DNA from: an uncultured Gemmatimonadales bacterium
GTDB taxonomy: Bacteria; Gemmatimonadota; Gemmatimonadetes; Gemmatimonadales; GWC2-71-9
Assembly: GCA_963795085.1 (NCBI GenBank)
Contig: CAWCFX010000002.1
Coordinates: 407,952-471,951 of the forward strand
DNA: 64,000 nucleotides
Reading direction: 5' to 3'
Position 1 is the stretch's first letter. Each line of letters begins with the position of its first letter. The notes beneath the pieces were generated by a model. It was not told where the DNA came from. It was given only the letters and a program-made list of their open reading frames with translations, and ran no database searches. Of this stretch, positions 9,781 to 20,433 are shown one piece after another. The translations under genes and the position numbers were made by a program.

Positions 9781-10757
9781 GGCTTGCGGATGACCGGGAC
9801 CGGCGACCGGTAAACGGCCTCCGCCACCTCGAGCGCCAGTGCCACGGCCGCCCTCCCTTCCCGCCCGGAGACGCCGGCCTGTTCGCCGCCCCGCACCGCG
9901 CTGACGAAGCTCTCCAGTTCCAGCTTCAGCGAGTCCGCTTCCGGGGCATCCAGGACGACCCGCTCGAGGATGTCTTCCAGTTTGATGCCGGGACTGGGCT
10001 GCCAGTCCGGTTTCAGCCGCATATACTCGCCGGTTCCCAGCGCCAGGTCGAGCGAGAAGTACCCGGTGGTCTCGAAGATCCGAAGTTTGCGGATGCGGTC
10101 CCGGGCCATCCGTGAGGCGGTCACGTTGGCGACGGCGCCGTTAGCGAACTCCACTCGCGCATTGGCCATGTCGAGGTGGGGCGAGAGAACCGCCACGCCG
10201 GAGGCGCGCACGTCGGAGGCGATGCTGCCGCCCACCAGGTGCAGCACCAGGTCGAGGTCGTGGATCATGAGGTCCAGGACCACGGCGACATCGGTGCCCC
10301 GGGGCTGGAATGGCGCCAGCCGCATGCTCTCCATGTAACGGGGCTCGCCCAGGTAGGGCATGGCCGCGCGGATGGCCCGGTTAAACCGCTCGATATGGCC
10401 GACCTGGAGGATCCCGCCGCCGCGGGCCCCCGCGGCCAGGAGGGCATCCGCCTCGGCCAGCGTGGCGGCGAGGGGCTTCTCCATGAGGACAGAAACGCCG
10501 GCTTCCAGGGCCCGAACGCCGACCGCGGCATGGGCCGGCGTCGGGACCGCGACCGTCACTGCTTCCACCCGGCCGAGCAGTTCGTCCAGGCCGGCCACGG
10601 CCACCGACCCCGAGGCCGCCGCGATTTCCGCAGCCCGGGCGGGATTGATGTCATGCACCCCGACCAGCTCAACCTCGGGTAGCGCGGCAAGGTGGCGCGC
10701 GTGGTGGGCGCCCAGCGCCCCCACGCCGATGACGCCCATGGGCAGCCGGGCCGTCAT
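9777..10757 (-). CDS. Gfo/Idh/MocA oxidoreductase (GnnA-like)
   Basis: GVGALG, EKP, VGHIERFN, LDLMIHDLD; lies between lpxA and lpxB; start ATG 10757. Confidence 0.88.
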   Translation of the reverse strand: MTARLPMGVIGVGALGAHHARHLAALPEVELVGVHDINPARAAEIAAASGSVAVAGLDELLGRVEAVTVAVPTPAHAAVGVRALEAGVSVLMEKPLAATLAEADALLAAGARGGGILQVGHIERFNRAIRAAMPYLGEPRYMESMRLAPFQPRGTDVAVVLDLMIHDLDLVLHLVGGSIASDVRASGVAVLSPHLDMANARVEFANGAVANVTASRMARDRIRKLRIFETTGYFSLDLALGTGEYMRLKPDWQPSPGIKLEDILERVVLDAPEADSLKLELESFVSAVRGGEQAGVSGREGRAAVALALEVAEAVYRSPVPVIRKP

Positions 10758-11530
10758 GCCGGCACGCCGCGCTCGGAGGACTCGACGAAGGTGATGAAGC
10801 GCTCGACTTCCGGGGTCGGCGGCAGCTCGGTGCGGGCCCGCTCCGCGGCCTGGGAAAGGTTGAAATCGGAATTGAAGAACAGCCGGTAGGCCCGTTTCAG
10901 CGCGCCGATGATCTCGCTGGAGAACCCGGCCCGCTGGAGCCCGATGGTGTTGAGGCCATAGAGTTCCATGGGGTTGCCCACCGCCTTGACATAAGGCGGA
11001 ATATCCTGGCTCACCCGGGTCATCCCGCCGACGAAGGCGTGGGTCCCGATGGTCACGAACTGGTGCACCCCGGTCAGGCCGCTGATCTGGGCCCGGTCCT
11101 GGACCGTCACGTGGCCGGCCAGGTTGGTGGTGTTGGCGATGATGACGCCGTTGCCGACGTGGCAGTCGTGACCGAGATGCACGTACGACATGAGGAAGGT
11201 CCGCTCTCCGACGGTCGTCTTCCCGGTGGCCTTGGTGCCCCGGTTGATGGTCACGTACTCCCGGATCGTGGTCTCGGCGCCGATCTCGACCCAGGTCTCC
11301 TCGCCGGCGAACTTGAGATCCTGGGGCGGGCCGCCCAGGATACTCCCGTCCCCCACGTACACATCGGCGGCCAGCCGGACATTGCGCTCCAGGGTGACCC
11401 GGGGCCCGATCCGGCAACGGTCGCCAATGAACACCGAGGGTCCCACGATGGTCCAGGGACCGACCTCGACGTCCTGCCCGAACACCGCGCCGGGATCCAC
11501 CAGCGCCGTGGGGTGGATGCGGGCGGTCAC
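10754..11530 (-). CDS. lpxA: Acyl-ACP--UDP-GlcNAc O-acyltransferase
   Basis: IHPTALVD, hexapeptide repeats, PQDLK, HLGHDC, HQF, GLNTIGL. Confidence 0.95.
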   Translation of the reverse strand: MTARIHPTALVDPGAVFGQDVEVGPWTIVGPSVFIGDRCRIGPRVTLERNVRLAADVYVGDGSILGGPPQDLKFAGEETWVEIGAETTIREYVTINRGTKATGKTTVGERTFLMSYVHLGHDCHVGNGVIIANTTNLAGHVTVQDRAQISGLTGVHQFVTIGTHAFVGGMTRVSQDIPPYVKAVGNPMELYGLNTIGLQRAGFSSEIIGALKRAYRLFFNSDFNLSQAAERARTELPPTPEVERFITFVESSERGVPA

Positions 11531-12795
11531 CGGTCGACGACCCTCGCCATCATTTCGGCCTCCGCCACCACCTGCCCTTCCACGAAGGCTACGCCCTTCA
11601 TCCGCGCGGTTTTCCCGCGGAACTGGACCATCTCCACCTCACAGCGCAGCTGGTCGCCGGGAAGCACCGGCCGGCGGAACTTTACTTTGTCCAGCGACAT
11701 GAAGTACACCACCTTGTCGCTGATATCTTCGGTCCCCAGCACCAGCATGCCCCCGACCTGGGCCATCGCCTCGATGATGAGAACCCCGGGCATGATGGGA
11801 TGGCCGGGGAAATGGCCCTGGAAGAACGGCTCGTTGATGGTCACGTTCTTGATGCCCACGATGCGGGTCTTGCCTTCGATCTCGACGATCCGGTCCACCA
11901 GCAGGAAAGGATACCGGTGCGGCAAGACATCCTGGATCCGTCCGATGTCAATCACGGAAGCCCCCGTCTTGCTGCTGGTCCGGGCGATTCCCCGGGCCAG
12001 GGTAATGTTGCCCTGGTGACAGGGCCGGGTCGCGATCACGTGCGCCTGCACCCGCCCGCCCAGCAGGGCCAGGTCGCCGACGATATCGCCGGTCTTGTGG
12101 CGCACGAACTCGTCGGGCCATCGCAGGGTTGTGTCGATGGCCGCATCGTCCGACAGCACCACGGCGTTGGCGGTGGAAGCGCCCCGAATCAGGCCCCGGG
12201 TCCGCAGCGATTCCACTTCGCTGGCGAACCCGAAGGTACGGGCGCCGGCGAGGTCCGCCGCAAAGGCATCGGGGGTGATGTCGAAGGAGCCGACCTGACG
12301 CCCGATCAGCGGATGCTTCCATTCGATCGTGGTGGTGAGCCTCAGGTTCCGGGCCGGTGACACCACGTAGGTCGCCTCGCCCTCGGTGACCTGGAACGGC
12401 GCCGCCACCTTGAACACGAGGGGATCGCCCGGCTGACTGGTCTCCCCGGCACCGCGAAGCAGCTCCACGTAGGGCGCAAAGGAGCCGTCGGCAATCGGGG
12501 GTTCCGGTCCATCGATCTCGATGGTGAGGTCGTCGATCTCCAGCGCGGCGACGGCGGCCAGCAGGTGCTCGACCGTGTGAATGGTCTGCTCGCCCCGGCC
12601 CAGGGCGGTGCGCCGCTCGGTCTCGGCCACTTCCTCCAGGCGGGCCGGGATCTCCGGAGCGCCGGGCAGGTCGGTGCGCCGGAAGACGAGGCCCCGGCCC
12701 GCGGGTGCCGGCCGACACGTCGCGGTGGTGGTGGCTCCGGTATGGAGGCCAACACCCCGCAACGAGACGTCCCGCTCAATCGTTTTTCTTGGCAC
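11527..12795 (-). CDS. lpxC-fabZ: Bifunctional LpxC deacetylase / FabZ dehydratase fusion
   Basis: GVGLHTG, TVEHLLAA and RHKxxD (LpxC), then LPHRYPFLLVD and GHFP...MPGVLIIEAMAQ (FabZ); likely start GTG 12795. Confidence 0.93.
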   Translation of the reverse strand: MPRKTIERDVSLRGVGLHTGATTTATCRPAPAGRGLVFRRTDLPGAPEIPARLEEVAETERRTALGRGEQTIHTVEHLLAAVAALEIDDLTIEIDGPEPPIADGSFAPYVELLRGAGETSQPGDPLVFKVAAPFQVTEGEATYVVSPARNLRLTTTIEWKHPLIGRQVGSFDITPDAFAADLAGARTFGFASEVESLRTRGLIRGASTANAVVLSDDAAIDTTLRWPDEFVRHKTGDIVGDLALLGGRVQAHVIATRPCHQGNITLARGIARTSSKTGASVIDIGRIQDVLPHRYPFLLVDRIVEIEGKTRIVGIKNVTINEPFFQGHFPGHPIMPGVLIIEAMAQVGGMLVLGTEDISDKVVYFMSLDKVKFRRPVLPGDQLRCEVEMVQFRGKTARMKGVAFVEGQVVAEAEMMARVVDR

Positions 12796-13822
12796 GGTGC
12801 TTACGCTCGGTTGCGAGTGTTTCCAGTTCCTTCGCCAGCGGCGCCAGGCGGTAGAGTGCCCCCTGGGCCCGGAGGAAATCCCGGTGCGGGCGCGCGGGGT
12901 ACCCACCGTGGACCGCCCCGTCGGGCACTTCGCTGATGACAGTGGACCGGGCACTCACCTTGGCGCCGCTGCCGACCCGCACGTGGTCCGCCACGCCCAC
13001 CCCGCCGGCCAGCACCACCCAGTCGCCCAGGCTGGCGCTTCCGGCCATGCCCGACATGGCCATGATCAGGCAGTGTTCCCCGATCCGGATATTGTGGGCG
13101 ATGTGCACCAGATTGTCGATCTTGGTGCCGCGCCCGATCACGGTGTCGTCGATGCTGCCCCGGTCCACGGTGCTGTTGGAGCCGATCTCGACGTCGTCCT
13201 CAAGAATGCAGCGGCCGGCGTGAGGGATCCGCTGGTGCCCCGCGGGGGACGGGAGGAAACCGAACCCGGGACCGCCGATGACCGCCCCGGCCTTGAGCAC
13301 CACCCGGTCGCCCAGCCGGGTGCCGGCGTGGCATACCACTCCGGCCCCCAGGTGACACTCCCGGCCTACTGTGACCCCCGGCTCCAGCACCGTGCCGGCC
13401 TCCAGGCGGCTGCCGGTCCCGATGGCGCACCCCGGGCCCACCACCACGTGCGGCCCCAGAGAGACGCCCTCGTCCAGTATCACTCCATCGGCGACCACCG
13501 CGGAGGAATGTATCCCGGTTGCGGTATCGACCGGCGCCACGAAGCGGGGCAGCAGGGAGAGGATCGCCCGGTAGGGATCCGGCACGACAATCCGGGTCGC
13601 GGGGCCCTCCGGCTGGTCGGCGAACTCCGGCGCCATCAGCACCGCGCCTGCTCGGGAGGACCGAAAATAGGAGAGGTACCTGGGGGATACAAGAAACGAG
13701 AGGCACTCCGGCTCGGCCCGGTGGAGGGACGCGATGGCGGAGACTACCAGGGTCCCTTCGCCGAGCAGGCGGCCACCGACCAGGTCGGCGACCGCCTGCG
13801 CGGTGAGGACGGGGGGAGACAC
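12776..13822 (-). CDS. lpxD: UDP-3-O-acylglucosamine N-acyltransferase
   Basis: GFGF, TVDRGSIDDT, KIDNLVHIAHN. Confidence 0.94.
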   Translation of the reverse strand: MSPPVLTAQAVADLVGGRLLGEGTLVVSAIASLHRAEPECLSFLVSPRYLSYFRSSRAGAVLMAPEFADQPEGPATRIVVPDPYRAILSLLPRFVAPVDTATGIHSSAVVADGVILDEGVSLGPHVVVGPGCAIGTGSRLEAGTVLEPGVTVGRECHLGAGVVCHAGTRLGDRVVLKAGAVIGGPGFGFLPSPAGHQRIPHAGRCILEDDVEIGSNSTVDRGSIDDTVIGRGTKIDNLVHIAHNIRIGEHCLIMAMSGMAGSASLGDWVVLAGGVGVADHVRVGSGAKVSARSTVISEVPDGAVHGGYPARPHRDFLRAQGALYRLAPLAKELETLATERKHRAKKND

Positions 13823-13823
13823 T

Positions 13824-14393
13824 TTATCTGCCGGCTTGGAGGCGCCTGACCACGGTTTCCGTGAGATCCAGACTCCGGTCCGCGGAGACGATTCCGCTCC
13901 CCAGTACGGCGATGTCGAAAATCATGTGATAATTGCCTTCCGCCCGGACGCCGTCGATGACCGTCTGGATGCGGTTGGTGATCGGATCGAGCAGTTCCCG
14001 TTCCCGCTGGACACCCTTCTGCTGCAGTTCCGCCACCCGCGCCTCCAACTGCTGCTGCTGGGTTTCCAGTTCCTTCCGCTTGGCCTCGCGCGCCGAGGGG
14101 CTGAGCAGGACGCCATCGCGGTTGAAGGCAGCCGCGGCCGAGTCGAGTGTGGTCTGCAGGCGGGTGGCTTCGGCGCGGTAGCCCTCGACTTCGCGGGTGA
14201 ACAGCGATTCCGCCTGGGCGAATCCGGGCGCGGCCTTAAGCACCGCCTGGGAGTTGATGAACGCGATCCGCGTGGCCGTTGGCGGCGTCTGCTGGGCCGC
14301 ACCGCGGGTCGGGAACAGGAGGCCAGCCGCCAGCAGAACGAATGCGCAGGTCAGCGAACCGGACAAGAATCTCTTCATTCCGAGCTCCATCAT
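13824..14393 (-). CDS. skp: OmpH/Skp outer membrane chaperone
   Basis: Signal peptide, RIAFIN, coiled coil, DLTETV; lies between bamA and lpxD. Confidence 0.88.
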   Translation of the reverse strand: MMELGMKRFLSGSLTCAFVLLAAGLLFPTRGAAQQTPPTATRIAFINSQAVLKAAPGFAQAESLFTREVEGYRAEATRLQTTLDSAAAAFNRDGVLLSPSAREAKRKELETQQQQLEARVAELQQKGVQRERELLDPITNRIQTVIDGVRAEGNYHMIFDIAVLGSGIVSADRSLDLTETVVRRLQAGR

Positions 14394-14400
14394 GAGGTTC

Positions 14401-16854
14401 CTAGAAAAAGTTGCCTAGTTTGAAGTGCAGCTTCCACCCGGGGTCGGGGCGGCCGTTCACGTCCACCCGGTTGAATCCGTAGCCCATGTCCACACCGATG
14501 GGACCCAGCGGCGTGATGAGGGCGGCGCCAAACCCGGCCCCCCGGAACAGCCGGCTGGGATCGAACTGGCGCGCGTCGCGGTACACGTTGCCGGCGTCCA
14601 TGAAGGTGCTCAGGTACACCGACTGGCTGACCCGGGCGCCGAACTCCACCGTAAACGCGGCAAACGACTTGCCGAAGGCCCCGGGCTGGGCCCGCCCGGT
14701 CGAGGCTGAAGGATCAAACCCGTTGGGGGTGATGGAGAATTCGTCGTATCCCCGGAGCGGGGTGCCGAACTGGGTGCCGCCCATGGAATACAGCTCCGTA
14801 AAGAACGGCCCCGCGTCGCCGAACACAAAGCCCGACTTGGCGGTGAATCCGAGGACCAGCTGCACCCCGGATCCGATCTGGGGATTGCCGCCCAGGGAAC
14901 CCAGCGGCGCGTACCAGCGGCCTTCCAGTTCCAGCTTCTGGTAGCGGCCGGTGCCGCCGAGGATGCCGCCGTTCATCTCGACCTGGACATTGGTCATGCT
15001 GCCCGCGGTGGCGAAGGGCAGCCCGATCCGGGTGTCGCGCAACACCGTGGCGCCCAGCGTCGAGCGGCTGCAGTTATTGCAGTTAAAGCGCTCCCTCAAA
15101 TCTTCAGAGCCCTCGGTGAACTTGATCCGCTGGAAGCCGTAGGAGGTGAAGACCCGGGTGAACCGGGAGCCCAGGAACGGGAAGCCCAGCTGGATACTGC
15201 CGCCTTCCTGCCGCCGCCGGCCCAGGTCGCCGACGACGAACCGCTGCCGCGAGTTGAACAGCGTAATGGTGCCGGAGATCCGGGAGTCCCGGATCGCCGG
15301 GTCGGTGTAGCTCAGGGTGAAATCATTGACGTTGCGGCCGAACTGCCACTGGAAACGGACCCGTTTGCCCCGGCCGAAGAGGTTGGGCTCCTCGATGCCG
15401 AAGAATCCGCCCACGCCATACCCCTGCCCCAGGGACGCCCCGAAGTTGAAGTTGCCGGTCCGCCGCTCTTCGACCCGGAAGGTGACGTCCACGTCCACCC
15501 CGTTGCCGGCGCGGTCGATGTCAGGGAAGGCCATCGGCTGCTGGAAAAACCCGAGATTGCCGATGTTCTGGTAGGAGCGGAGCAGCCGGTCCTGGCTGAA
15601 CACGTCGCCGGGGAGCAGCATGATCGCTTCCCGGATCACCCGCTCGTGGGTCACGTCGTTGCCGACGATGTTCACCTTGTTGATGGTCGCAACCGAGCCC
15701 TCGCGGATGGTCCAGCCGAGGTCGATGTAGGGCGCGCCGCCGGGACCGGTCCGGCGGGTCTCGGTCGGGGTAATGTCGACGTAGATATAGCCGTTGTTGC
15801 GGTAGATGTTCCCGACTTTTTCCAGGGCCGCGTCCCAATCACTCCGGCTGAAGGGGGCCGGCGCCAGGCTGCTGTCCACCGGCTGGCCCGGTGCCCGGGG
15901 AATCCCGAACGGGTAGAACACCATCAGCTCGTCGCGGCTGTAATAGCGGTTGCCGTTGATCTCGAAGGTGCCGACATAGTAGGCCGGCCCTTCCTCGACA
16001 CCCAGGCGGAGGATCGCCTTACCGGTCGTGGAATCCATGACCAGGGTGTCGGACCGGACCTGGAAATCGACGTACCCCCGTTCGCCGTAAAAGGCCGGCA
16101 GGCGTTCCCGGATGTCCTGGTCCAGCTTGTCGTCCTCGAAGCGGCCCTTCTGCCACCAGAAGAACCCCTCGGGCCGGGTGGCCATGTGCTTAACCACTTC
16201 CTTGTCGCTGAAGCGGGCATTGCCGTCGATGATTACTTCGCTGATGGCGACCCGGCTGCCCTCGTTCACGTCGAAGACCAGGCGCACCGCGTTGTTGGGC
16301 TGGGGCAGCTCGTTGACGGTGGTGCGGGCGGTGTAGTAGCCCTGGGCCCGGTACATCGAATCGATGCCGGCCCGGGCCCGGGCCACTCCGGCCCGGTCGA
16401 TGGGCTTGCCTTCGATGACCTTGATGCGGCCCCGCACGTCGGAGAGGGAGATCAGCTCGGGGCCCCGAAGCACCCACTTCTCCAGGATGGGCCGCTCCTT
16501 CACCGTCACGATGAGGACGAAGGATTCGTCGCCGGCGCGGAAATCGGTGCGGACGTCATCAAACTGGCCGGTCCGGAAGAGGGCAGCGATGGCCCGCTGG
16601 ACATCGCGGAACCCGACCACCTGTCCCACCGCCAGCCCGGAGGTCCCCATGATCTGGGCGGTGGTGACCCGTGCGTTGCCCTCGACGATGAGGCTGTCGA
16701 GGATGGGGGGCTCGGGCGGCGTTTCCTGCTGGGCCTGGAGGGCCATGCCGAAAGCCGCCCCCAGGAACAGGAGGCAGCTCAGGGCGCGCAGGAACCGGAG
16801 GCCGGGGCGTAACGCCGGGGCCACCGCCCGGCGGGCGGCGGCGGCTCGCATCAC
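14401..16854 (-). CDS. bamA: Outer membrane protein assembly factor BamA
   Basis: POTRA repeats, LRGY loop motif, C-terminal FKLGNFF. Confidence 0.94.
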   Translation of the reverse strand: MMRAAAARRAVAPALRPGLRFLRALSCLLFLGAAFGMALQAQQETPPEPPILDSLIVEGNARVTTAQIMGTSGLAVGQVVGFRDVQRAIAALFRTGQFDDVRTDFRAGDESFVLIVTVKERPILEKWVLRGPELISLSDVRGRIKVIEGKPIDRAGVARARAGIDSMYRAQGYYTARTTVNELPQPNNAVRLVFDVNEGSRVAISEVIIDGNARFSDKEVVKHMATRPEGFFWWQKGRFEDDKLDQDIRERLPAFYGERGYVDFQVRSDTLVMDSTTGKAILRLGVEEGPAYYVGTFEINGNRYYSRDELMVFYPFGIPRAPGQPVDSSLAPAPFSRSDWDAALEKVGNIYRNNGYIYVDITPTETRRTGPGGAPYIDLGWTIREGSVATINKVNIVGNDVTHERVIREAIMLLPGDVFSQDRLLRSYQNIGNLGFFQQPMAFPDIDRAGNGVDVDVTFRVEERRTGNFNFGASLGQGYGVGGFFGIEEPNLFGRGKRVRFQWQFGRNVNDFTLSYTDPAIRDSRISGTITLFNSRQRFVVGDLGRRRQEGGSIQLGFPFLGSRFTRVFTSYGFQRIKFTEGSEDLRERFNCNNCSRSTLGATVLRDTRIGLPFATAGSMTNVQVEMNGGILGGTGRYQKLELEGRWYAPLGSLGGNPQIGSGVQLVLGFTAKSGFVFGDAGPFFTELYSMGGTQFGTPLRGYDEFSITPNGFDPSASTGRAQPGAFGKSFAAFTVEFGARVSQSVYLSTFMDAGNVYRDARQFDPSRLFRGAGFGAALITPLGPIGVDMGYGFNRVDVNGRPDPGWKLHFKLGNFF

Positions 16855-19316
16855 GTCTTGGACTCGGTCAGGGCCCGAAAGGCGAGTTTCTCGCCGTCGG
16901 GAGCCACGTCGACTTCGATTTCGTCCCCCCGGCCGAAGTCACCGGTGAGGATTCGCTCGCTGAGCGGGTCCTCGATGTACTTCTGAATGGCCCGCTTGAG
17001 CGGCCGGGCGCCGTAGTTCTGGTCGTACCCGTGGTTCACCAGGAACTCGATGGCCGCCGGCGTCAGGCGGACTTCATCGCCCAGCCGCCGCTGCACCTCC
17101 TTGAGCAGGATCGTCACGATCTGGGCGATGTGCTCCTTGGACAGCGGATGAAAGACGATGATGTCGTCCAGCCGGTTGAGGAACTCCGGGTTGAACACTT
17201 TCTGGATCTCGTCCTTGACCTTTTCCGCCATCCGGTCGAAGGAGGTCTGGCTATCGGCCCCGTGGAAGCCCAGGCTCTTGTTCTGGGTGATCTCGCGGGC
17301 GCCCACGTTGGATGTCATGATGACCACCGTATTCTTGAAATCAATGACCCGGCCGTAGTTGTCGGTCAGGTGGCCCTCATCCAGCACCTGGAGCAGGATG
17401 TTGAACACGTCGGGGTGGGCCTTTTCGATCTCGTCGAGCAGTACGACAGAATAGGGCTTCCGGCGGATGGCCTTGGTGAGCGTGCCGGAATCTTCGTACC
17501 CGACGTAGCCGGGGGGCGCGCCGATCAGCCGGGAGACCGAGAACTTCTCCATGTACTCCGACATGTCCACCCGGATGAGGGCAGAGGCGTCGGCGAAAAG
17601 GAACTTGGCCAGCGACCGGGCCAGTTCGGTCTTGCCCACCCCGGTGGGGCCCGAGAAAATGAACGACCCGATCGGGTGGTTGGGGTCCTTGAGCCCGGCC
17701 CGGGAGCGCCGGATGGCCCGGGAGATCGCCTTGATCGCCTCGTCCTGGCCCACCACCGACTCGTGCAGTTCGTCTTCCATCCGCAGCAGCCGGGCGGCCT
17801 CGGCCTCCTGCAGCCGGGTGACCGGGATGCCGGTCCACCGGGAGACCACGAAGGCCACCGCCTCTTCGTCGATCACCGGACGGCGGATCTGCCGTTCCCG
17901 CTCCCATTCCTCGTTCTTGAGGCGGATCTGGTTCTGCAGGTCGCGTTCCCGGTCCCGCAGGCTGGCGGCCTTTTCGAAGTTCTGGTCGCGGACCGCGTCC
18001 TCTTTCTCGACGTTGACCTTTTCGAGGTCGGCCTTGAGCGTGGACACTTCGGCCGGCGGCACCTGGGAGGCAAGCCGCGCCCGGGCGCCCGATTCGTCGA
18101 TGACGTCAATGGCCTTGTCCGGCAGGAACCGGTCGGTGATATAGCGCTCCGACAGCTCGGCCGACGCCTTGAGGGTTTCGTCGGGATAAGAGACCCGGTG
18201 GTGGTCCTCGTACTTCTTGCGCAACCCCTTGAGGATCTCGATGGTCTCCTCGATGGACGGCGGCTCCACCATGACCGTCTGGAAGCGGCGCTCCAGGGCG
18301 CCGTCTTTCTCGATGTATTTCCGGTACTCGTTCAGGGTCGAAGCGCCGACGCACTGCAGCTCGCCCCGGGCCAGGGCGGGTTTGAGCATGTTGGAGGCGT
18401 CGATGGCCCCTTCGGCGGCGCCGGCGCCGACCAGGGTATGCAATTCGTCGATGAACAGGATGATGTTCTTGTTCTGGGCGATCTCGTTCATCACGGCCTT
18501 GAGCCGCTCTTCGAACTGGCCCCGGTACTTGGTACCGGCGATCACCGCGGCCATGTCCAGGGAAAGCACCCGGTGGTCGCGCAGCACATCGGGACAGGTG
18601 CCGCTGGCGATGAGGAGCGCCAGGCCCTCCACGATCGCGGTCTTGCCGACGCCCGGCTCTCCGATCAGGACCGGATTGTTCTTCTTCCGGCGGGCCAGGA
18701 TCTCCATGACCCGTTCGATCTCCTTGGCGCGGCCAATGGTCGGGTCCAGTTGCCCCTCGGCACCCAGCTGGGTAAGGTCGCGGCAGAAGTGATCCAGCGC
18801 GGGGGTCTTGGATTTCTTCTCCGACTTGGGCGGTTGGACGGGCTGGCTGCCGCCGGTGGGGGTCTGCGGCATGTCGCTGCCGAGCAGCCGCAGCGTTTCC
18901 GCCCGGGACTGTTCCAGGCTCACGCCCGCGTCGGTCAGGACCTGCGCGGCGATCCCCTTCTCTTCGCGGAGCAGGCCGAGCAGCAGGTGCTCGGTGCCGA
19001 CGTAGGAGTGGTTGAGCTCCCGGGCCTCGGTCATCGCCAGTTCCAGCACTTTCTTGGCGCGAGAGGTATAAGGCAGATCGGGACCCACCGCCGCGCTGGC
19101 TTTGCCCTTCTTGACCGTCTCCTCGATTTTCTGCTGGATCTCCTCGAGGTCAACGTTGAGATTGGTGAGGACCGCCGCGGCGACGCCCTCGCCCTCGCGG
19201 ATCAGCCCCAGGAGGATATGCTCGGTTCCCACGTACTCGTGGTGCAGACGGGCGGCTTCCTCTCGCGCCATCTGGAGCACTTTGCGAACCCGGTCGGTAA
19301 AGTTGTATCCGTTCAT
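16851..19316 (-). CDS. clpC: ATP-dependent Clp protease ATPase ClpC
   Basis: Double Clp-N repeat, GEPGVGKT and GPTGVGKT Walker A motifs, UVR middle domain, LGF ClpP-binding loop. Confidence 0.95.
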   Translation of the reverse strand: MNGYNFTDRVRKVLQMAREEAARLHHEYVGTEHILLGLIREGEGVAAAVLTNLNVDLEEIQQKIEETVKKGKASAAVGPDLPYTSRAKKVLELAMTEARELNHSYVGTEHLLLGLLREEKGIAAQVLTDAGVSLEQSRAETLRLLGSDMPQTPTGGSQPVQPPKSEKKSKTPALDHFCRDLTQLGAEGQLDPTIGRAKEIERVMEILARRKKNNPVLIGEPGVGKTAIVEGLALLIASGTCPDVLRDHRVLSLDMAAVIAGTKYRGQFEERLKAVMNEIAQNKNIILFIDELHTLVGAGAAEGAIDASNMLKPALARGELQCVGASTLNEYRKYIEKDGALERRFQTVMVEPPSIEETIEILKGLRKKYEDHHRVSYPDETLKASAELSERYITDRFLPDKAIDVIDESGARARLASQVPPAEVSTLKADLEKVNVEKEDAVRDQNFEKAASLRDRERDLQNQIRLKNEEWERERQIRRPVIDEEAVAFVVSRWTGIPVTRLQEAEAARLLRMEDELHESVVGQDEAIKAISRAIRRSRAGLKDPNHPIGSFIFSGPTGVGKTELARSLAKFLFADASALIRVDMSEYMEKFSVSRLIGAPPGYVGYEDSGTLTKAIRRKPYSVVLLDEIEKAHPDVFNILLQVLDEGHLTDNYGRVIDFKNTVVIMTSNVGAREITQNKSLGFHGADSQTSFDRMAEKVKDEIQKVFNPEFLNRLDDIIVFHPLSKEHIAQIVTILLKEVQRRLGDEVRLTPAAIEFLVNHGYDQNYGARPLKRAIQKYIEDPLSERILTGDFGRGDEIEVDVAPDGEKLAFRALTESKT

Positions 19317-19350
19317 CGAGGCTTCCTGCCCTGGAGAAGTGTGCGCCGGG

Positions 19351-20433
19351 CTATCCGCGCCGGGCCGCGTCTTCTTCCAAAAGTTTGCGTACGTAACGGG
19401 AACGCTGCACTGATAGCGAGGGATCGTCGACCTGGAGGCTGTGCGCGGCCGCCAGGTGGGCCGGCTGGCAGTACACCAGCAGCTTGTTCAAGGTATACAA
19501 CCCCACCCCGCCGATCAGTTTCAAGCCCACGCCCAGCCGTACACCGCTGAGCAGGTTCATCATCTCTTCGAACGAGAGGGCCCGGGCGTAGCGAAGCAAT
19601 CCGTAGGCCCGCCAGACCTTGTCCTCGACCGCGCCCGGCGCGTCGCGCAGCAGCACCTGCCGGGCCTGCTCTTCGTATTCCATGACCTGGCGGACGATCT
19701 TGCCGAGGTGATCCAGCAGGTCCTGCTCTGACTTGCCCAGCGTGGTCTGGTTGGACAACTGGAAGAAATTGCCCACCACTTCGCTGCCCTCGCCGTACAG
19801 CCCGCGAAACGTCAAGCCGACCTGGCCAAGCCCCTGCAAAACCTTGGAAATTTCTTTGGTCAGGACCAGGCCGGGCAGGTGGATCAACACGGAGGCGCGA
19901 AGCCCGGTGCCGACGTTCGTGGGACAGGATGTAAGGTAACCAAATTCAGGATGAAATGCGAAGGGAAGTCGTTGTCCCAGTTCACTGTCCAGACGGTCCA
20001 CAGCGGCATAGGTTTCGGCCAGCGCAAAGCCTGAGCGCATGCCCTGGAGCCGGAGGTGATCCTCCTCATTCAGCATGATCCCCAGCTGGTCCTGCACCAG
20101 CAGGGCGCCTCCCGGCCGCACCCGGCCGGCGGGATCCAGGGCCGCCAGTTCGCGGCTGATCAGATGGCGTTCATGAAGCAGCTGGCGGTCCAGGGGGTCC
20201 AGCCGGTCCATCCGGTAGCACACCGCCTGTCCCATCAGGGTGCCACTCCGCCCGGCCGCGTCCACCTCGCGGAGGATCGCCTCCCGGTCCTCCGGGGCAT
20301 TCCGGGAGCCGAAGACCCGGTCGCCGAGGTTCCGGGCGAGCCGCACCCGGGTGGACAGGACGAGGTGGCCGGCGGGCCCGCTGGCGTCGAGCCAGCCCAG
20401 TCCTCCGTCGGCCAGCAGGCTCAGGTCGATCAC
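19351..20433 (-). CDS. mcsB: Protein arginine kinase McsB
   Basis: STRVRLARN, NEEDHLR, GYLTSCPTNVGTGLRAS; start GTG 20433 overlaps the mcsA stop. Confidence 0.93.
   Translation of the reverse strand: MIDLSLLADGGLGWLDASGPAGHLVLSTRVRLARNLGDRVFGSRNAPEDREAILREVDAAGRSGTLMGQAVCYRMDRLDPLDRQLLHERHLISRELAALDPAGRVRPGGALLVQDQLGIMLNEEDHLRLQGMRSGFALAETYAAVDRLDSELGQRLPFAFHPEFGYLTSCPTNVGTGLRASVLIHLPGLVLTKEISKVLQGLGQVGLTFRGLYGEGSEVVGNFFQLSNQTTLGKSEQDLLDHLGKIVRQVMEYEEQARQVLLRDAPGAVEDKVWRAYGLLRYARALSFEEMMNLLSGVRLGVGLKLIGGVGLYTLNKLLVYCQPAHLAAAHSLQVDDPSLSVQRSRYVRKLLEEDAARRG

Noticed and set aside
11527..12795. LpxC-FabZ fusion as a novelty
   Set aside because: This fusion is already known from several diderm phyla.
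17031..19550. Long plus-strand ORFs (e.g. 839 aa opposite clpC; others opposite bshC, gdh and the cytochromes)
   Set aside because: Antisense shadow frames typical of high-GC DNA, with no motifs.
19780..20040. Lower-GC patch inside mcsB
   Set aside because: The reading frame and catalytic motifs are intact, with no insertion boundaries.
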